This document shows, piece after piece, positions 18,733 through 28,081 of a stretch of DNA of 64,000 nucleotides. The position numbers and the translations under genes were made by a program. Position 1 is the stretch's first letter. Every line of letters starts with the position of its first letter. This stretch comes from a candidate division FCPU426 bacterium (GTDB taxonomy: Bacteria > Oederibacteriota > PGYV01 > Palsa-1178), in NCBI GenBank assembly GCA_963840035.1, contig CAWIXE010000002.1, positions 1,344,001 to 1,408,000 on the forward strand, read 5' to 3'. The notes beneath the pieces are model-generated. The model saw nothing but the letters and a program-made list of their open reading frames with translations. It searched no databases and was not told where the DNA came from.

Positions 18733-19963
18733 TTTTGCTCTCCTTGACCAATTTTTTATATTTATCGTAAGTCCTTTTCATGCAGCTCACCGAGAGGTAA
18801 ATACCGTCCGCTTTATCCTCCCTTTTTGTCACCACTCCCTCTTCATAGAACATGGACACAAGCTTCTGCGCGTCATATGGTATGACCACTTTTTTCTGTG
18901 TAAAATCCGCTTCTATAAATCCCGTTATTTCCTGCAACAATCTGCCAAACCCTTCGCCTGTTTTTGCGGATATGGTTATCTTCCCGGCAAAGGCTTCCCT
19001 TTTATACTTAGTCAGCAAATCGACCTTATTATAAACTTCTATTATGTTCTTTCCTTCGTAAGCGTCTATATCTTTTAATATTGAATAAACCGAATTGACC
19101 CTCGACTCAATCCCCGGGCTTACCGCGTCTATCAGGTGCAGGATGATATCCGCCTGGTTTACTTCTTCAAGAGTTGCCCTGAAAGCCGCCACCAGATTTG
19201 TCGGCAGGTTCTTTATGAATCCCACCGTGTCTGAAAATAGCACCTTATACCTGTTAGGCAGGGTAAACTGCCTTATGGTCGGGTCAAGTGTGGCAAAGAG
19301 CTTGTCCTCGGAAAGCATCCCCGCGCCTGTCAATGAATTCAAAAGCATGGTCTTGCCAGCGTTGGTATAACCCACTATGGCTATCTGCGGCACGGGTATT
19401 GATTTCCTGCGGCCTCGCTGCAGTTCCCGCTTTACCTTAACTTCCTCAAGTTCCTTTTTTATCTTCTGTATGCGCTTATTTATCTTCCTTTTGTCAGCTT
19501 CAAGCTTAGTTTCGCCCGGCCCCCTGGCTCCGATGCCGCCTGTCTGCTGCATCATGTCCTCGCCATGCCCCGAGAGCCTCGGAAGCATGTAGTTAAGCTG
19601 GGCGAACTCCACCTGAAGCTTTCCTTCACCGGTGCGCGCCCTGGAAGCGAATATGTCCAGTATAAGCTGCGTCCTGTCAACGATGCGCTTGCCCGTTATA
19701 TCCTCAAGGTTACGCACCTGAACAGGCTTTAATTCCGCGTCAAAGATTATCACATCTATCTTATCAGCGTAATCCTTGGCTATTTCCTCTGCTTTACCCA
19801 TGCCAATATAGTAAGCCGGCGATATCTCACGCTTTTTACGCGATATCACATCCACAATCTCGCCGCCCGCAGTGCTTATTAACCCAGCCATCTCTTCTAT
19901 ATCAGACTCCACTTCCTTTGAGTCCTGGTTGCTATAGACCTTTACCAGCAATACTTTTTCCAT
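18725..19963 (-). CDS. hflX: GTPase HflX
   Basis: DRTQLILDIF, EGKLQVE, GPGETKLE, GYTNAGKT, LFATLDPT, DTVGF, NKVD. Confidence 0.97.
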   Translation of the reverse strand: MEKVLLVKVYSNQDSKEVESDIEEMAGLISTAGGEIVDVISRKKREISPAYYIGMGKAEEIAKDYADKIDVIIFDAELKPVQVRNLEDITGKRIVDRTQLILDIFASRARTGEGKLQVEFAQLNYMLPRLSGHGEDMMQQTGGIGARGPGETKLEADKRKINKRIQKIKKELEEVKVKRELQRGRRKSIPVPQIAIVGYTNAGKTMLLNSLTGAGMLSEDKLFATLDPTIRQFTLPNRYKVLFSDTVGFIKNLPTNLVAAFRATLEEVNQADIILHLIDAVSPGIESRVNSVYSILKDIDAYEGKNIIEVYNKVDLLTKYKREAFAGKITISAKTGEGFGRLLQEITGFIEADFTQKKVVIPYDAQKLVSMFYEEGVVTKREDKADGIYLSVSCMKRTYDKYKKLVKESKNG

Positions 19964-19973
19964 AATATGGAAT

Positions 19974-20002
19974 ATTATACTATTTTAAAGGGGTTTTATC
20001 AA
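19974..20002 (-). promoter_or_regulatory. sigma70 promoter of the hflX-lpx operon
   Basis: TTGATA-17 nt-TATAAT, 10 nt before the hflX ATG. Confidence 0.7.
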
Positions 20003-20182
20003 TTGGGATTAATAGGTTAAAATATCAGCCTTTTTAAGCGAGTTGTATATTACGATAATAAACAGCTTGAATTTAAATGTATTTTTCAATTATTAATGAC
20101 TTTCTTAGGTTTTATTGGTGTTTTTGAAGAAATACCTAATATCGAAGCACAACATTGTTATATTACTATTATATTTGCCCCG

Positions 20183-21414
20183 CTACGGCCCCGAACCCGC
20201 CAGCCTTTCATACAAGCTGCTTTCGTAATAATATTTTGATTTTTCCTTTTCTTTATAATCTTTATTATTCTCCATCCTTCTTATCATTTCTTTCATATCG
20301 CTCTTATATCCCGACTTAAAAAACCAATCCTCAATAAGTTTTTTTCTAAGAGCCCAAAGTCCCGATTTGTCGTTAAGCCGCCATAAAGCATCAGTAGCTC
20401 CCAGAACTACTAGTGGTTCTTTCGCATTTAGCAGTTTTTTAATCTCAGGTATTGCCTTCGCATCCCCAATCATGGCAAGTGCATGCGCTGCAGATGTCCG
20501 GATATTTGGCTCGTCATCGCATAAAGCCTTTATAAATAACGGATATAAATTTTTGTCTTTCATTTCTGAAAGATAACTAACCGCATCCAGCCTGACCCCG
20601 AAATACGGATCCCCCATTGCCTTTATTAAAGCGTCTTTAGCTGCTGCCCCCCTATCATGCCTAGCGAACTAGCTGCCCGCATCCGAAGTAGCATGTCATT
20701 ATCCTGCAAGGCCATTACTAAAGCCGGCACTGCAGACTTTTCTTTGAGTTCACCTAGTATATCTGCCGCAGACAGACGAGCGTCGCCTTTATTGTTTTTC
20801 AGGTAATTCAAGAGCGCCGGCACTATTCTTTTATCCTTTATTGTCGCAAGACCATATGCCGAAGTCATGTGTATGTCTTCATCACGGTAATCCAACCCTT
20901 TTATAAGTACTTCTGTGCCTGAATTATTTCCAAGAGATCCCAAAGCTCCAGCAGCAATTACCCTCACCTTAAAATCGCTGTCTTTTAACGCTTCAAGCAG
21001 CGCCGATTCGGCTGTCTTATCACGTCTAAAATTAAGGTAACCAGCCGCGCTGGCTCTTATACTGGCATTTTCATTTTTTAATCCTTTAATCAACAGATTT
21101 GTTGCTTTGGTATCTTTTATCCTTTCCGCAGAGTAAAGTGAGCTTCTCCGTATTTCAATATCCGGATTTAGCAGGGCATTTTCCAGTGCTAAAAAAACTT
21201 TATCATTCAGTTTGCACAGCTGATTTTCGCCAGCAATATTTCCTATCTTCACAATTATATCACCGCGCGCCATCGTATTTGCCGAATCAAGCTGATCAAT
21301 TAATCCATTAATCTCCTGATTAACTACGGCAGTTGTCGTTACACCGCCAGCAAAGATCGAAGTACACGCGGCCAAATATAACAGCATCACAAAACATTGA
21401 ATTAACACTTTCAT
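20183..21414 (-). pseudogene. Exported HEAT-repeat protein split by a frameshift at a G6 run (track ORFs 20626-21414 and 20183-20617)
   Basis: Repeats such as LKDSDFKVRVIAAGALG and LCDDEPNIRTSAAHALA. One more G at 20647-20652 joins ...LGMIGG to AAAKDALIKAMGDPYFGVRLDAVSYL. Confidence 0.75.
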
Positions 21415-21431
21415 AGATATCCTCCCAAACC

Positions 21432-22226
21432 TTATTCCACCGAATTACTTTTCCACACAAATTTAGTTCCATTATTTAAAACCTTTTTAATTAAATATTT
21501 ATCCAACAAGTTTTCATCCTTATTTATAACATCATTCATTATTATATTATTGGCGTGATCTCTTGTTACAACCACAAGGCAAGGAACATCCTGAACAAGT
21601 AATATCAAATTTGGATAGTCATCATAGTAATTTCCTACATAAACCGTTAATTTACTACCATTCTTCAACATTCTCTTAAATTTACGCGGTATTTTTTCAA
21701 AAGTTTTCGCATTTTCAATAAATTCCTGAATTACGGCTTTTGTGAGATTTGTTTTTGTTTCATCAAAAATAAAATCCTTGTCTGTTGCCGCAATGTCGTT
21801 GCACTTGCCATTAAGAGTATAATGTTTTCCGACACTTGAGTTATACCTATCCGTAAAATACTCTTTTGTATTCTTTCCTGTAGGTTTCAAATCCGCATCA
21901 TCTTCCATCCGCTGCAAATAAAGAAAATTATTCTCTTCTGCTATATAAAATATGCAGTTCAAATTAGGGTTGTATACCTCAAGATGAGTTATATTATCAT
22001 TATTCGAATACGTAGTTATTATCATTAACTCTACCTTACTTAGTTTAGAATAGTCGTCAATCATTTTCTTATCCCATTTTTGAAACCAAAACTGATGCCA
22101 TTTTATTGTTTTACATATAAAACCAGCTATTTTGCTTTCATACGGTGAACTTTTCGGCAGTTTTGCTTCTTTTATATTACAACCAATAAAGCACAAGCAA
22201 CAAATTAAAATAAGTACTTTTTTCAT
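21432..22226 (-). CDS. Hypothetical lipoprotein
   Basis: MKKVLILICCLCFIGC lipobox after a GGGGG SD; AT-rich coding sequence. Confidence 0.65.
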   Translation of the reverse strand: MKKVLILICCLCFIGCNIKEAKLPKSSPYESKIAGFICKTIKWHQFWFQKWDKKMIDDYSKLSKVELMIITTYSNNDNITHLEVYNPNLNCIFYIAEENNFLYLQRMEDDADLKPTGKNTKEYFTDRYNSSVGKHYTLNGKCNDIAATDKDFIFDETKTNLTKAVIQEFIENAKTFEKIPRKFKRMLKNGSKLTVYVGNYYDDYPNLILLVQDVPCLVVVTRDHANNIIMNDVINKDENLLDKYLIKKVLNNGTKFVWKSNSVE

Positions 22227-22310
22227 TTGTATCCCCCATTCACAGATCATTCAAACCGCACGCCAAAAAAAACTGTTTTAATGTAGTGTCAAATATGAAT
22301 TCAACAAACA

Positions 22311-22353
22311 AAAAAGCGGCTCGTATTCTTCAACAGAATACGGCCGCCTTTTA
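22311..22353 (-). terminator. Intrinsic terminator after apt
   Basis: AAAAAGCGGC-TCGTATTCT..AGAATACG-GCCGCCTTTTT hairpin with A/T tails. Confidence 0.7.
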
Positions 22354-22359
22354 TAAATA

Positions 22360-22878
22360 TCAATAATGAATTAAAGAATATATCTTATTTGGCCTTAATT
22401 TTTCACTTCCCTTAAGGAAGTCCAGTTCCATTACAAAACACATTTCCTTTATATTCCCGCCGCATTTTTCAACAAGCTTGGCCACTGCGCCCGCAGTGCC
22501 ACCTGTGGCCAATACGTCGTCGACTATCAGGACATTGTCCCCTTTTGTTATTCCGTCCCTGTGTATTTCAAGTGAGTCTGTTCCGTACTCAAGGGCATAT
22601 TCCTGTTTGTATGTGGCCCTTGGGAGTTTTCCGGGTTTTCTTACGGGGACAAGCGACGCTTTGAGTTTATAAGCCAGCGGAGCGCCCAGCAGGAATCCGC
22701 GCGCTTCCATGCAGACTACGGCGTCAATTTTTTTATTCTTGTACCTTTTTGCAAGGAAGTCTATAAGTTTTGCGAATAATTTCGCGTCTTTCAATACAGG
22801 CATCATGTCCTTAAAAATTATGCCTTTTTTCGGAAAGTCCGGCACATCTAATATGGCTTTTCTCACTGCTTTTTCCAT
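22360..22878 (-). CDS. apt: Adenine phosphoribosyltransferase
   Basis: PDFPKKGIIFKD, EARGF, VRKPGKLP, YALEYG, VDDVLATGGT; GGAGGG SD before ATG 22878. Confidence 0.97.
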   Translation of the reverse strand: MEKAVRKAILDVPDFPKKGIIFKDMMPVLKDAKLFAKLIDFLAKRYKNKKIDAVVCMEARGFLLGAPLAYKLKASLVPVRKPGKLPRATYKQEYALEYGTDSLEIHRDGITKGDNVLIVDDVLATGGTAGAVAKLVEKCGGNIKEMCFVMELDFLKGSEKLRPNKIYSLIHY

Positions 22879-22929
22879 GTTGCCCTCCGTATTCAATTTA
22901 AAATTTTAGATTTAAAATTTAAAATTGCC

Positions 22930-24006
22930 TTACTGCGCGTCCTTGCTCTTCATAAAATAGCGCAATTTTTTTATGGCTATCGTCTCTATCTGGCGGATCC
23001 TTTCCCTTGTGAGCTTTAGCTTCGCGCCGATTTCCTCAAGGGTAAGTATGTTCTTATTGTTTATGCCGAACCTGTTCATGATGACTTCCTGTTCTTTCGG
23101 CTTTAACTTCGATATCAATTCCATGAGCTTTTCATTCTTGTCCTTCTCAAAAAAGTCGTCGTCAGGCTTTACTATGCTCATGTCTTCGATGGTGTCTTTT
23201 AGCGTCCTGCCGGAGTCGGAATCCTCGCTCTCGTATTCAAGGTCTATGGATTTCGGCGCTTTTATAATATTGAGTATTTCATTGAGCTTGGTCGGCTCGA
23301 TTTTTAGTTTTGCCGCCACATCATACTTGTCGGGAAAGCGGCCCGTGTCCTTTATTTCCTTTTCAATGGCTTTTAAATACTTATGGTATATGTCAAGAAT
23401 GTGCACCGGAATGCGGATGGTGTTTTTCTGGTTTGCGATGGCCCTGTTAACGGACTGCTTTATCCACCATGTCGCGTAAGTGGAAAACCTGAAGCCGAGC
23501 TCCGGTTTGAATTTCTCGACTGCCTTCATAAGCCCGATATTGCCTTCTTCTATCAGGTCTATTATGGGGACCCCGAAGTACTCATATCTTTTAGCGATCT
23601 TAACGACCAGTTTTAAGTTAGCCTTGATAATTCTTGCCCTTGCTTCGATATTGCCTTTCTGGGCCTTTCTTATTATTTCCTTTTCTTCCTTTTCCGTAAG
23701 TATTTTTTCATTCCTTATTTCATCAAAATAGAGCATCAGCGAGTCTTTTGAAGGTGCGCGTTTATCAAGCTCTGTTTTAACCTCAGCCTCGTCAGCGTCA
23801 GCCCCGGCTATTTCCTCTATGACTGCGGATACATCCTCCGCGTCAGCCCCCGGTTTTACAACATCGTCATCATCAGCCTTTGCGGACGCCTTTTGAGGCA
23901 GCGCTTTAGCCTGAAGATTTTTTTTAGATTTAGGCGCGGATTTTTTAACGGCTTTTTTGACAGCTTTTTTTACCTTGATTTTTTTTATCTTTTTTTTCTT
24001 TTTCAT
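22930..24006 (-). CDS. RNA polymerase sigma factor, RpoD/RpoS (sigma70 group 1/2) family
   Basis: NLKLVVKIAKRY, DLIEEGNIGLMKAVEKF, FSTYATWWIKQ, TIRIPVH, TLEEIG..LTRERIRQIE. Confidence 0.93.
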   Translation of the reverse strand: MKKKKKIKKIKVKKAVKKAVKKSAPKSKKNLQAKALPQKASAKADDDDVVKPGADAEDVSAVIEEIAGADADEAEVKTELDKRAPSKDSLMLYFDEIRNEKILTEKEEKEIIRKAQKGNIEARARIIKANLKLVVKIAKRYEYFGVPIIDLIEEGNIGLMKAVEKFKPELGFRFSTYATWWIKQSVNRAIANQKNTIRIPVHILDIYHKYLKAIEKEIKDTGRFPDKYDVAAKLKIEPTKLNEILNIIKAPKSIDLEYESEDSDSGRTLKDTIEDMSIVKPDDDFFEKDKNEKLMELISKLKPKEQEVIMNRFGINNKNILTLEEIGAKLKLTRERIRQIETIAIKKLRYFMKSKDAQ

Positions 24007-24015
24007 ATTCCCCCC

Positions 24016-24309
24016 TTAATATCCCGGATACATTTGTATATAAAAATCCTTGTATCTCCCGTCATCCGGAATGTCAACTTTTGTAAAATCCTCTATAATA
24101 AAGCTCCCGTCGCGGCGCGTTATATGATCAACAAAGCCCGTTATCAGCCCCGCATCGCCAAACACTTCCAGTTCAACGCTGCCGTCCGGCAGGTTCCTCA
24201 CAAACCCCTTAAGTCCATACTGTTCCGCGGCTTCCCTGCAATAGTATCTGTAACCCACGCCCTGCACGCTGCCTTTTACATTTATGTGAAGGCCCTTGTT
24301 CTGTCCCAT
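24016..24309 (-). CDS. acyP: Acylphosphatase
   Basis: GSVQGVGYR, GFVRNLPDGSVE. Confidence 0.92.
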   Translation of the reverse strand: MGQNKGLHINVKGSVQGVGYRYYCREAAEQYGLKGFVRNLPDGSVELEVFGDAGLITGFVDHITRRDGSFIIEDFTKVDIPDDGRYKDFYIQMYPGY

Positions 24310-24310
24310 A

Positions 24311-25081
24311 TTACTGCAGGTATGTTATGCCAAAGATGAAATACTGCCTCATAAAATTGCCTATTTCACCCGCCTTTGAAATATTGGCGATATCTTTGAC
24401 ATAGAATTCCACGTTCAGATTATAATTGAGGCTTATTTTTACCCCGGCATTGAACTGTTTCTCGTCGTATTCGGCTATTAAAAGTATAGTGTCGTTTATT
24501 ATTTTTGAGGCATCCGCGATAAATCCGATATACGAATTCGAAAAAGTCTTTTTGAATCCAATTGAAAAACTCATATCATTAATCTTTTTTGAAGTAACCC
24601 CGTAGACGGCAAAAGAATCCCAGAGCCCGCCCTTAAAAAGATTAAGGGGCAGTTTCCTGATTCCCGCGCATACCGATACAAAGTAATCCTCTTCCTTTAG
24701 TATCCTGCCCTTTAAGGCAAATGATGTGCTGTTTGTAAGGCTTTCTATCAGATAACTCGCCTTATCCATTATGGGGGCATTCGCCGCAGGCGCGGACCCT
24801 GAATTAAGGAGATCAGATAGCCCTCCGAAATTAATTGTCCCACCGGCCTCAATTAAATCAAAAAAACCGTAATTAACCTTGAATATATATTTTTCCATGT
24901 GAAGTCCGAGCGAGAATGTCCCTGCCGGGAGCACATAGGCAGACGGGTTGTTTATATAGCCGCTTTCACCGGAAACCGTCGGCATTATAAGAAGGTGGTT
25001 AATATCAAGGACCTCGGCCGCAAAAACCGGGGCGATTAAAAAGGCTGTCATTATTAGGGCTAAAACTGTTTTCTTGGTCAA
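24311..25081 (-). CDS. Exported hypothetical protein, probable outer-membrane beta-barrel (YjbH-like)
   Basis: Signal peptide, GYINNPSAYVL, alternating hydrophobic strands, C-terminal FGITYLQ. Confidence 0.5.
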   Translation of the reverse strand: MTKKTVLALIMTAFLIAPVFAAEVLDINHLLIMPTVSGESGYINNPSAYVLPAGTFSLGLHMEKYIFKVNYGFFDLIEAGGTINFGGLSDLLNSGSAPAANAPIMDKASYLIESLTNSTSFALKGRILKEEDYFVSVCAGIRKLPLNLFKGGLWDSFAVYGVTSKKINDMSFSIGFKKTFSNSYIGFIADASKIINDTILLIAEYDEKQFNAGVKISLNYNLNVEFYVKDIANISKAGEIGNFMRQYFIFGITYLQ

Positions 25082-25240
25082 GGTTATATTCTCCTCGATT
25101 GGTTTCGGCGTTTTAGCTTAAAATCAAGAACTTTCAGAAAGTAGAAAGGAGAAAGGTGACCGGGTAGGTCTCGAATTCATGTATTGTTCTCCTATCTCCT
25201 ATCTACTCTCTCCTATCTAAAATTTTGCGAAGCAAAATTT

Positions 25241-25317
25241 TGGTCGGGGTGACTGGTCTCGAACCAGCGACCTCTCGCACCCCAAGCGAGTGCGCTAGCC
25301 AACTGCGCTACACCCCG
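25241..25317 (-). tRNA. tRNA-Pro (GGG)
   Basis: CGGGGTGTAGCGCAGTTGGCTAGCGCACTCGC-TTGGGGT-GCGAGAGGTCGCTGGTTCGAGACCAGTCACCCCGACCA. Confidence 0.96.
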
Positions 25318-25323
25318 ACTACA

Positions 25324-25422
25324 TCAATGTATGATTCATCTAAATTCATAATCGTGGTGTGTCCGGGAACGACCATTAATAGAAGATTCCTCTATTTAAT
25401 CGTTCCGGGCTACACCCCGACT
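25324..25422 (-). repeat. ~100-bp tRNA-5'-mimic hairpin unit upstream of tRNA-Pro(GGG)
   Basis: GCTACACCCCGACT (tRNA 5' end) is repeated at 25409-25422; long hairpin at 25351-25420; homologous to the units at 25721-25916. Confidence 0.85.
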
Positions 25423-25638
25423 ATTTCCAACAAGAATAGCAGACAAGAAAACTATCGGAGGCATCAAGTAAAGCACAACCTCGCCTCCACCGTCTCCTAT
25501 CTACTCTCTCCTATCTCATGTTCCTATTTCTTAAGAACAGGTTCTAAACCTAAAAAACAAGGTCAACTTCTCCAGAGAGTAGAGAGGAGAAAGGTGACCG
25601 AGGCTTACGCCTCTGAAAATTTTCGCAAGCGAAAATTT

Positions 25639-25714
25639 TGGTCGGGGCGACTGGATTTGAACCAGCGGCCTCTTGGTCCCGAACCAAGCGCGCTACCAAC
25701 TGCGCTACGCCCCG
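25639..25714 (-). tRNA. tRNA-Pro (CGG)
   Basis: CGGGGCGTAGCGCAGTTGGTAGCGCGCTTGG-TTCGGGA-CCAAGAGGCCGCTGGTTCAAATCCAGTCGCCCCGACCA. Confidence 0.96.
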
Positions 25715-25720
25715 ACTACC

Positions 25721-25916
25721 TTAATGTATGCCTTATCTAAATTCAAAGTCGGGGCGTGTCCGGGAACGACTATTAATAGAAGATTCCTCTATCTCATCGT
25801 TCCGGGCTACGCCTACCGAGCTTAATGTATGCCTTATCTAAATTCAAAGTCGGGGCGTGTCCAGTAAAGGCTATAAATAAATCTTCATTAATCTAACCTT
25901 TACTGGGCTACGCCCC
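25721..25916 (-). repeat. Two ~101-bp tRNA-5'-mimic hairpin units upstream of tRNA-Pro(CGG)
   Basis: TTAATGTATGCCTTATCTAAATTCAAAGTCGGGGCGTGTCC is identical at 25721 and 25822, each followed by a hairpin ending GGGCTACGCC. Confidence 0.88.
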
Positions 25917-25998
25917 AACGCTGACACTTTAATGTTGCCTATTAACGCTTTTAAGAACGTTGATATCCTGACTTTTGTTCCTGTTTCAAAACTTCAAA

Positions 25999-26027
25999 AT
26001 TTTACCATTTATATATGCCGCTTTCAA
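25999..26027 (-). promoter_or_regulatory. sigma70-type promoter for the tRNA-Pro locus
   Basis: TTGAAA-17 nt-TAAAAT. Confidence 0.6.
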
Positions 26028-26035
26028 CGTTTATT

Positions 26036-26392
26036 TTAGTTTTCCAGCATCCTTAGAGCCTCTATTATTTCCTTCCTTACGTCCTTAAGCTTGTCCATGG
26101 TGAGCTTTTCTTCCACTCCAAAGAGCTCCATCTGCTCGCCGTCCAGGGCCGATATCATTTCCTTGAGCTTTTTCTGCGCGCCGCTTATTTTAAACTCGTC
26201 CTCATAAAGCAGCTTTTTTATCATTAATATCATGTCAATGTCGGTCTTTGTATACTTTCTCTGGCCTACCCTGTTCTTAATCGGCTGGAGCTCCTCAAAA
26301 TTCTGCTCCCAGAACCTTATTACAGACTCCCTGACTCCGGTAATCTGCGCCACTTCCCTTATGGGGTAATACTTTTTTTCTTTAATGTCCAT
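26036..26392 (-). CDS. MerR family transcriptional regulator
   Basis: YYPIREVA..TGV..SVIRFWE..F..LQP.KNR.GQRKY, LLYEDEFKISGA. Confidence 0.9.
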   Translation of the reverse strand: MDIKEKKYYPIREVAQITGVRESVIRFWEQNFEELQPIKNRVGQRKYTKTDIDMILMIKKLLYEDEFKISGAQKKLKEMISALDGEQMELFGVEEKLTMDKLKDVRKEIIEALRMLEN

Positions 26393-26412
26393 TTTTGCCT
26401 CCCGTAAAAAGC

Positions 26413-27421
26413 TTACGCTTTTTTCAAGAATTCCTTTTCTGATTTTGGCGACCTGCCCATCAAGCCCTTAACAGACTCAGAGGGCGACTTGCCGTTATAT
26501 ATGGCCTCATATACTTCGTTTACTATCGGCATCTCAACCTTATACTTCTTCGCCAATTTATATATGGACAGGGTGGTCTTTACGCCTTCAGCCACCATTT
26601 CCATGGATTTTAATATTTCATCTATTTTTTTGCCTTTTCCAAGCTGCTCGCCGACGGCCCTGTTCCTGGAATGCCTGCTTCTCGCATGTCACAACCAGGT
26701 CCCCTATTCCGGAGAGGCCGAAGAACGTATCTTTATCCGCGCCCATGGCGACACCGAGCCTGCACATCTCCGCAAGCCCCCTTGTTATCAGGGCTGCCTT
26801 TGTATTGTCCCCCAGCTGAAGCCCGTCCAGGGTACCGGCGGCAATGGCAATGACATTTTTTACGCTGCCGCCGAGTTCCACGCCAAGCACATCTTTTGTA
26901 TTATAAGTCCTGAAATGGTTCGTAAAAAACAGGCCCTGAATCATCTCGGCAAGCTTTATATCCTTTGAAGCCACGACTACAGTGGTCGGCATTTTTCTCG
27001 CGACTTCTTCGGCGTGTGAAGGCCCTGAAAGGACGGCAAACCTGACATTCCCGAGGACGTCTTTTACCACCCTGGACATGGTCATAAGCGTCTCCTGCTC
27101 CACGCCTTTTACCACGCTTACGTATGTCTTCTTTTTATAGTCAAGTTCCTTTATGGATTTTAAAAGGCCGCGCATGACATGCGACGGTATGGCCAGCACG
27201 AGAATTTCCGAAGCGTCAACCGCCTGCTTTAAGTCGCTCGTGATGACGATATTTGCCGGGATCTTTACGCCCTTTAAAAATTTTATATTTTCCCTTTTGG
27301 AATCCAGTACTTCGGCATATTCCGCGAAGTATTCCCAGAGCGTTACCTGATGGTTTTCCTCGGCTAATAATATGGCAAGCGCCGTTCCCCAGCCGCCCGC
27401 TCCGATTACCGATACCTTCAT
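26413..27421 (-). pseudogene. gpsA: NAD(P)H-dependent glycerol-3-phosphate dehydrogenase with a +1 frameshift (probably a sequence error)
   Basis: GAGGWGTALA, SGPSHAEEV, KNVIAIAAG, GDLVVTC. Removing one A at 26679-26680 restores SRHSRNRAVGEQLGKG...MVAEGV. Confidence 0.9.
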
Positions 27422-28068
27422 TTTTTTCCCTCTTTTTCTTTGGGTTTGTCTTCCTTTTTAGCGTCAAATCTGCTTTCAGTCCCGTCTAAAAGCCTTCTGA
27501 TATTGTCCTTATGCTTATAAATGACAAAACTTGCCATGGCCACTGCCAGCACCAGGACCGAATAAAGGAATCCCTGTTCGCCGTAAATGTAAATAAATAC
27601 AGGCAGCAGGAACGCGCACATTATGGAACCGAGTGAAATATACCTGAAGAAATAAAGCAGAATCCCGAAAATTATCATGTCCGTGGCCACAGAAGCCGGC
27701 GCAAGCGCTATGAAAACTCCCAGGCTGGTTGCCACTCCCTTACCGCCCTTAAAATTAAGGAATATGGTAAAGGTATGTCCGACAACCGCGGCAATGGCCG
27801 CAAGTATCGGAATCCATGGATTATTGGCCCCGCCGAATATGGCTGAAAAGACCGTGACAGGCAAATACCCTTTTAGGGCGTCAAGCGCCAGCACGGCAAG
27901 AAAGCCTTTCATGCCGAGCACCCTTTTGACGTTAGTGGCGCCTATGTTGCCGCTGCCCACAGTGCGCACATCTATGCCTTTTATGAGCTTAACTAAAAGG
28001 TAGCCCGACGGGATGGACCCCAGCAGGTAAGATACTACAATAGTAATCAGTATGGCCACAAAAACCAT
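27418..28068 (-). CDS. plsY: Glycerol-3-phosphate acyltransferase PlsY
   Basis: YLLGSIP, GSGNIGATN, DALKG, GH..FKGGKGVAT, HKDNIRRL. Confidence 0.96.
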   Translation of the reverse strand: MVFVAILITIVVSYLLGSIPSGYLLVKLIKGIDVRTVGSGNIGATNVKRVLGMKGFLAVLALDALKGYLPVTVFSAIFGGANNPWIPILAAIAAVVGHTFTIFLNFKGGKGVATSLGVFIALAPASVATDMIIFGILLYFFRYISLGSIMCAFLLPVFIYIYGEQGFLYSVLVLAVAMASFVIYKHKDNIRRLLDGTESRFDAKKEDKPKEKEGKK

Positions 28069-28081
28069 TTCAGTCCTCCTA

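Noticed and set aside
25225..25740. 171-aa plus-strand ORF
   Set aside because: Antisense to two tRNA genes; a typical spurious tRNA-shadow ORF.
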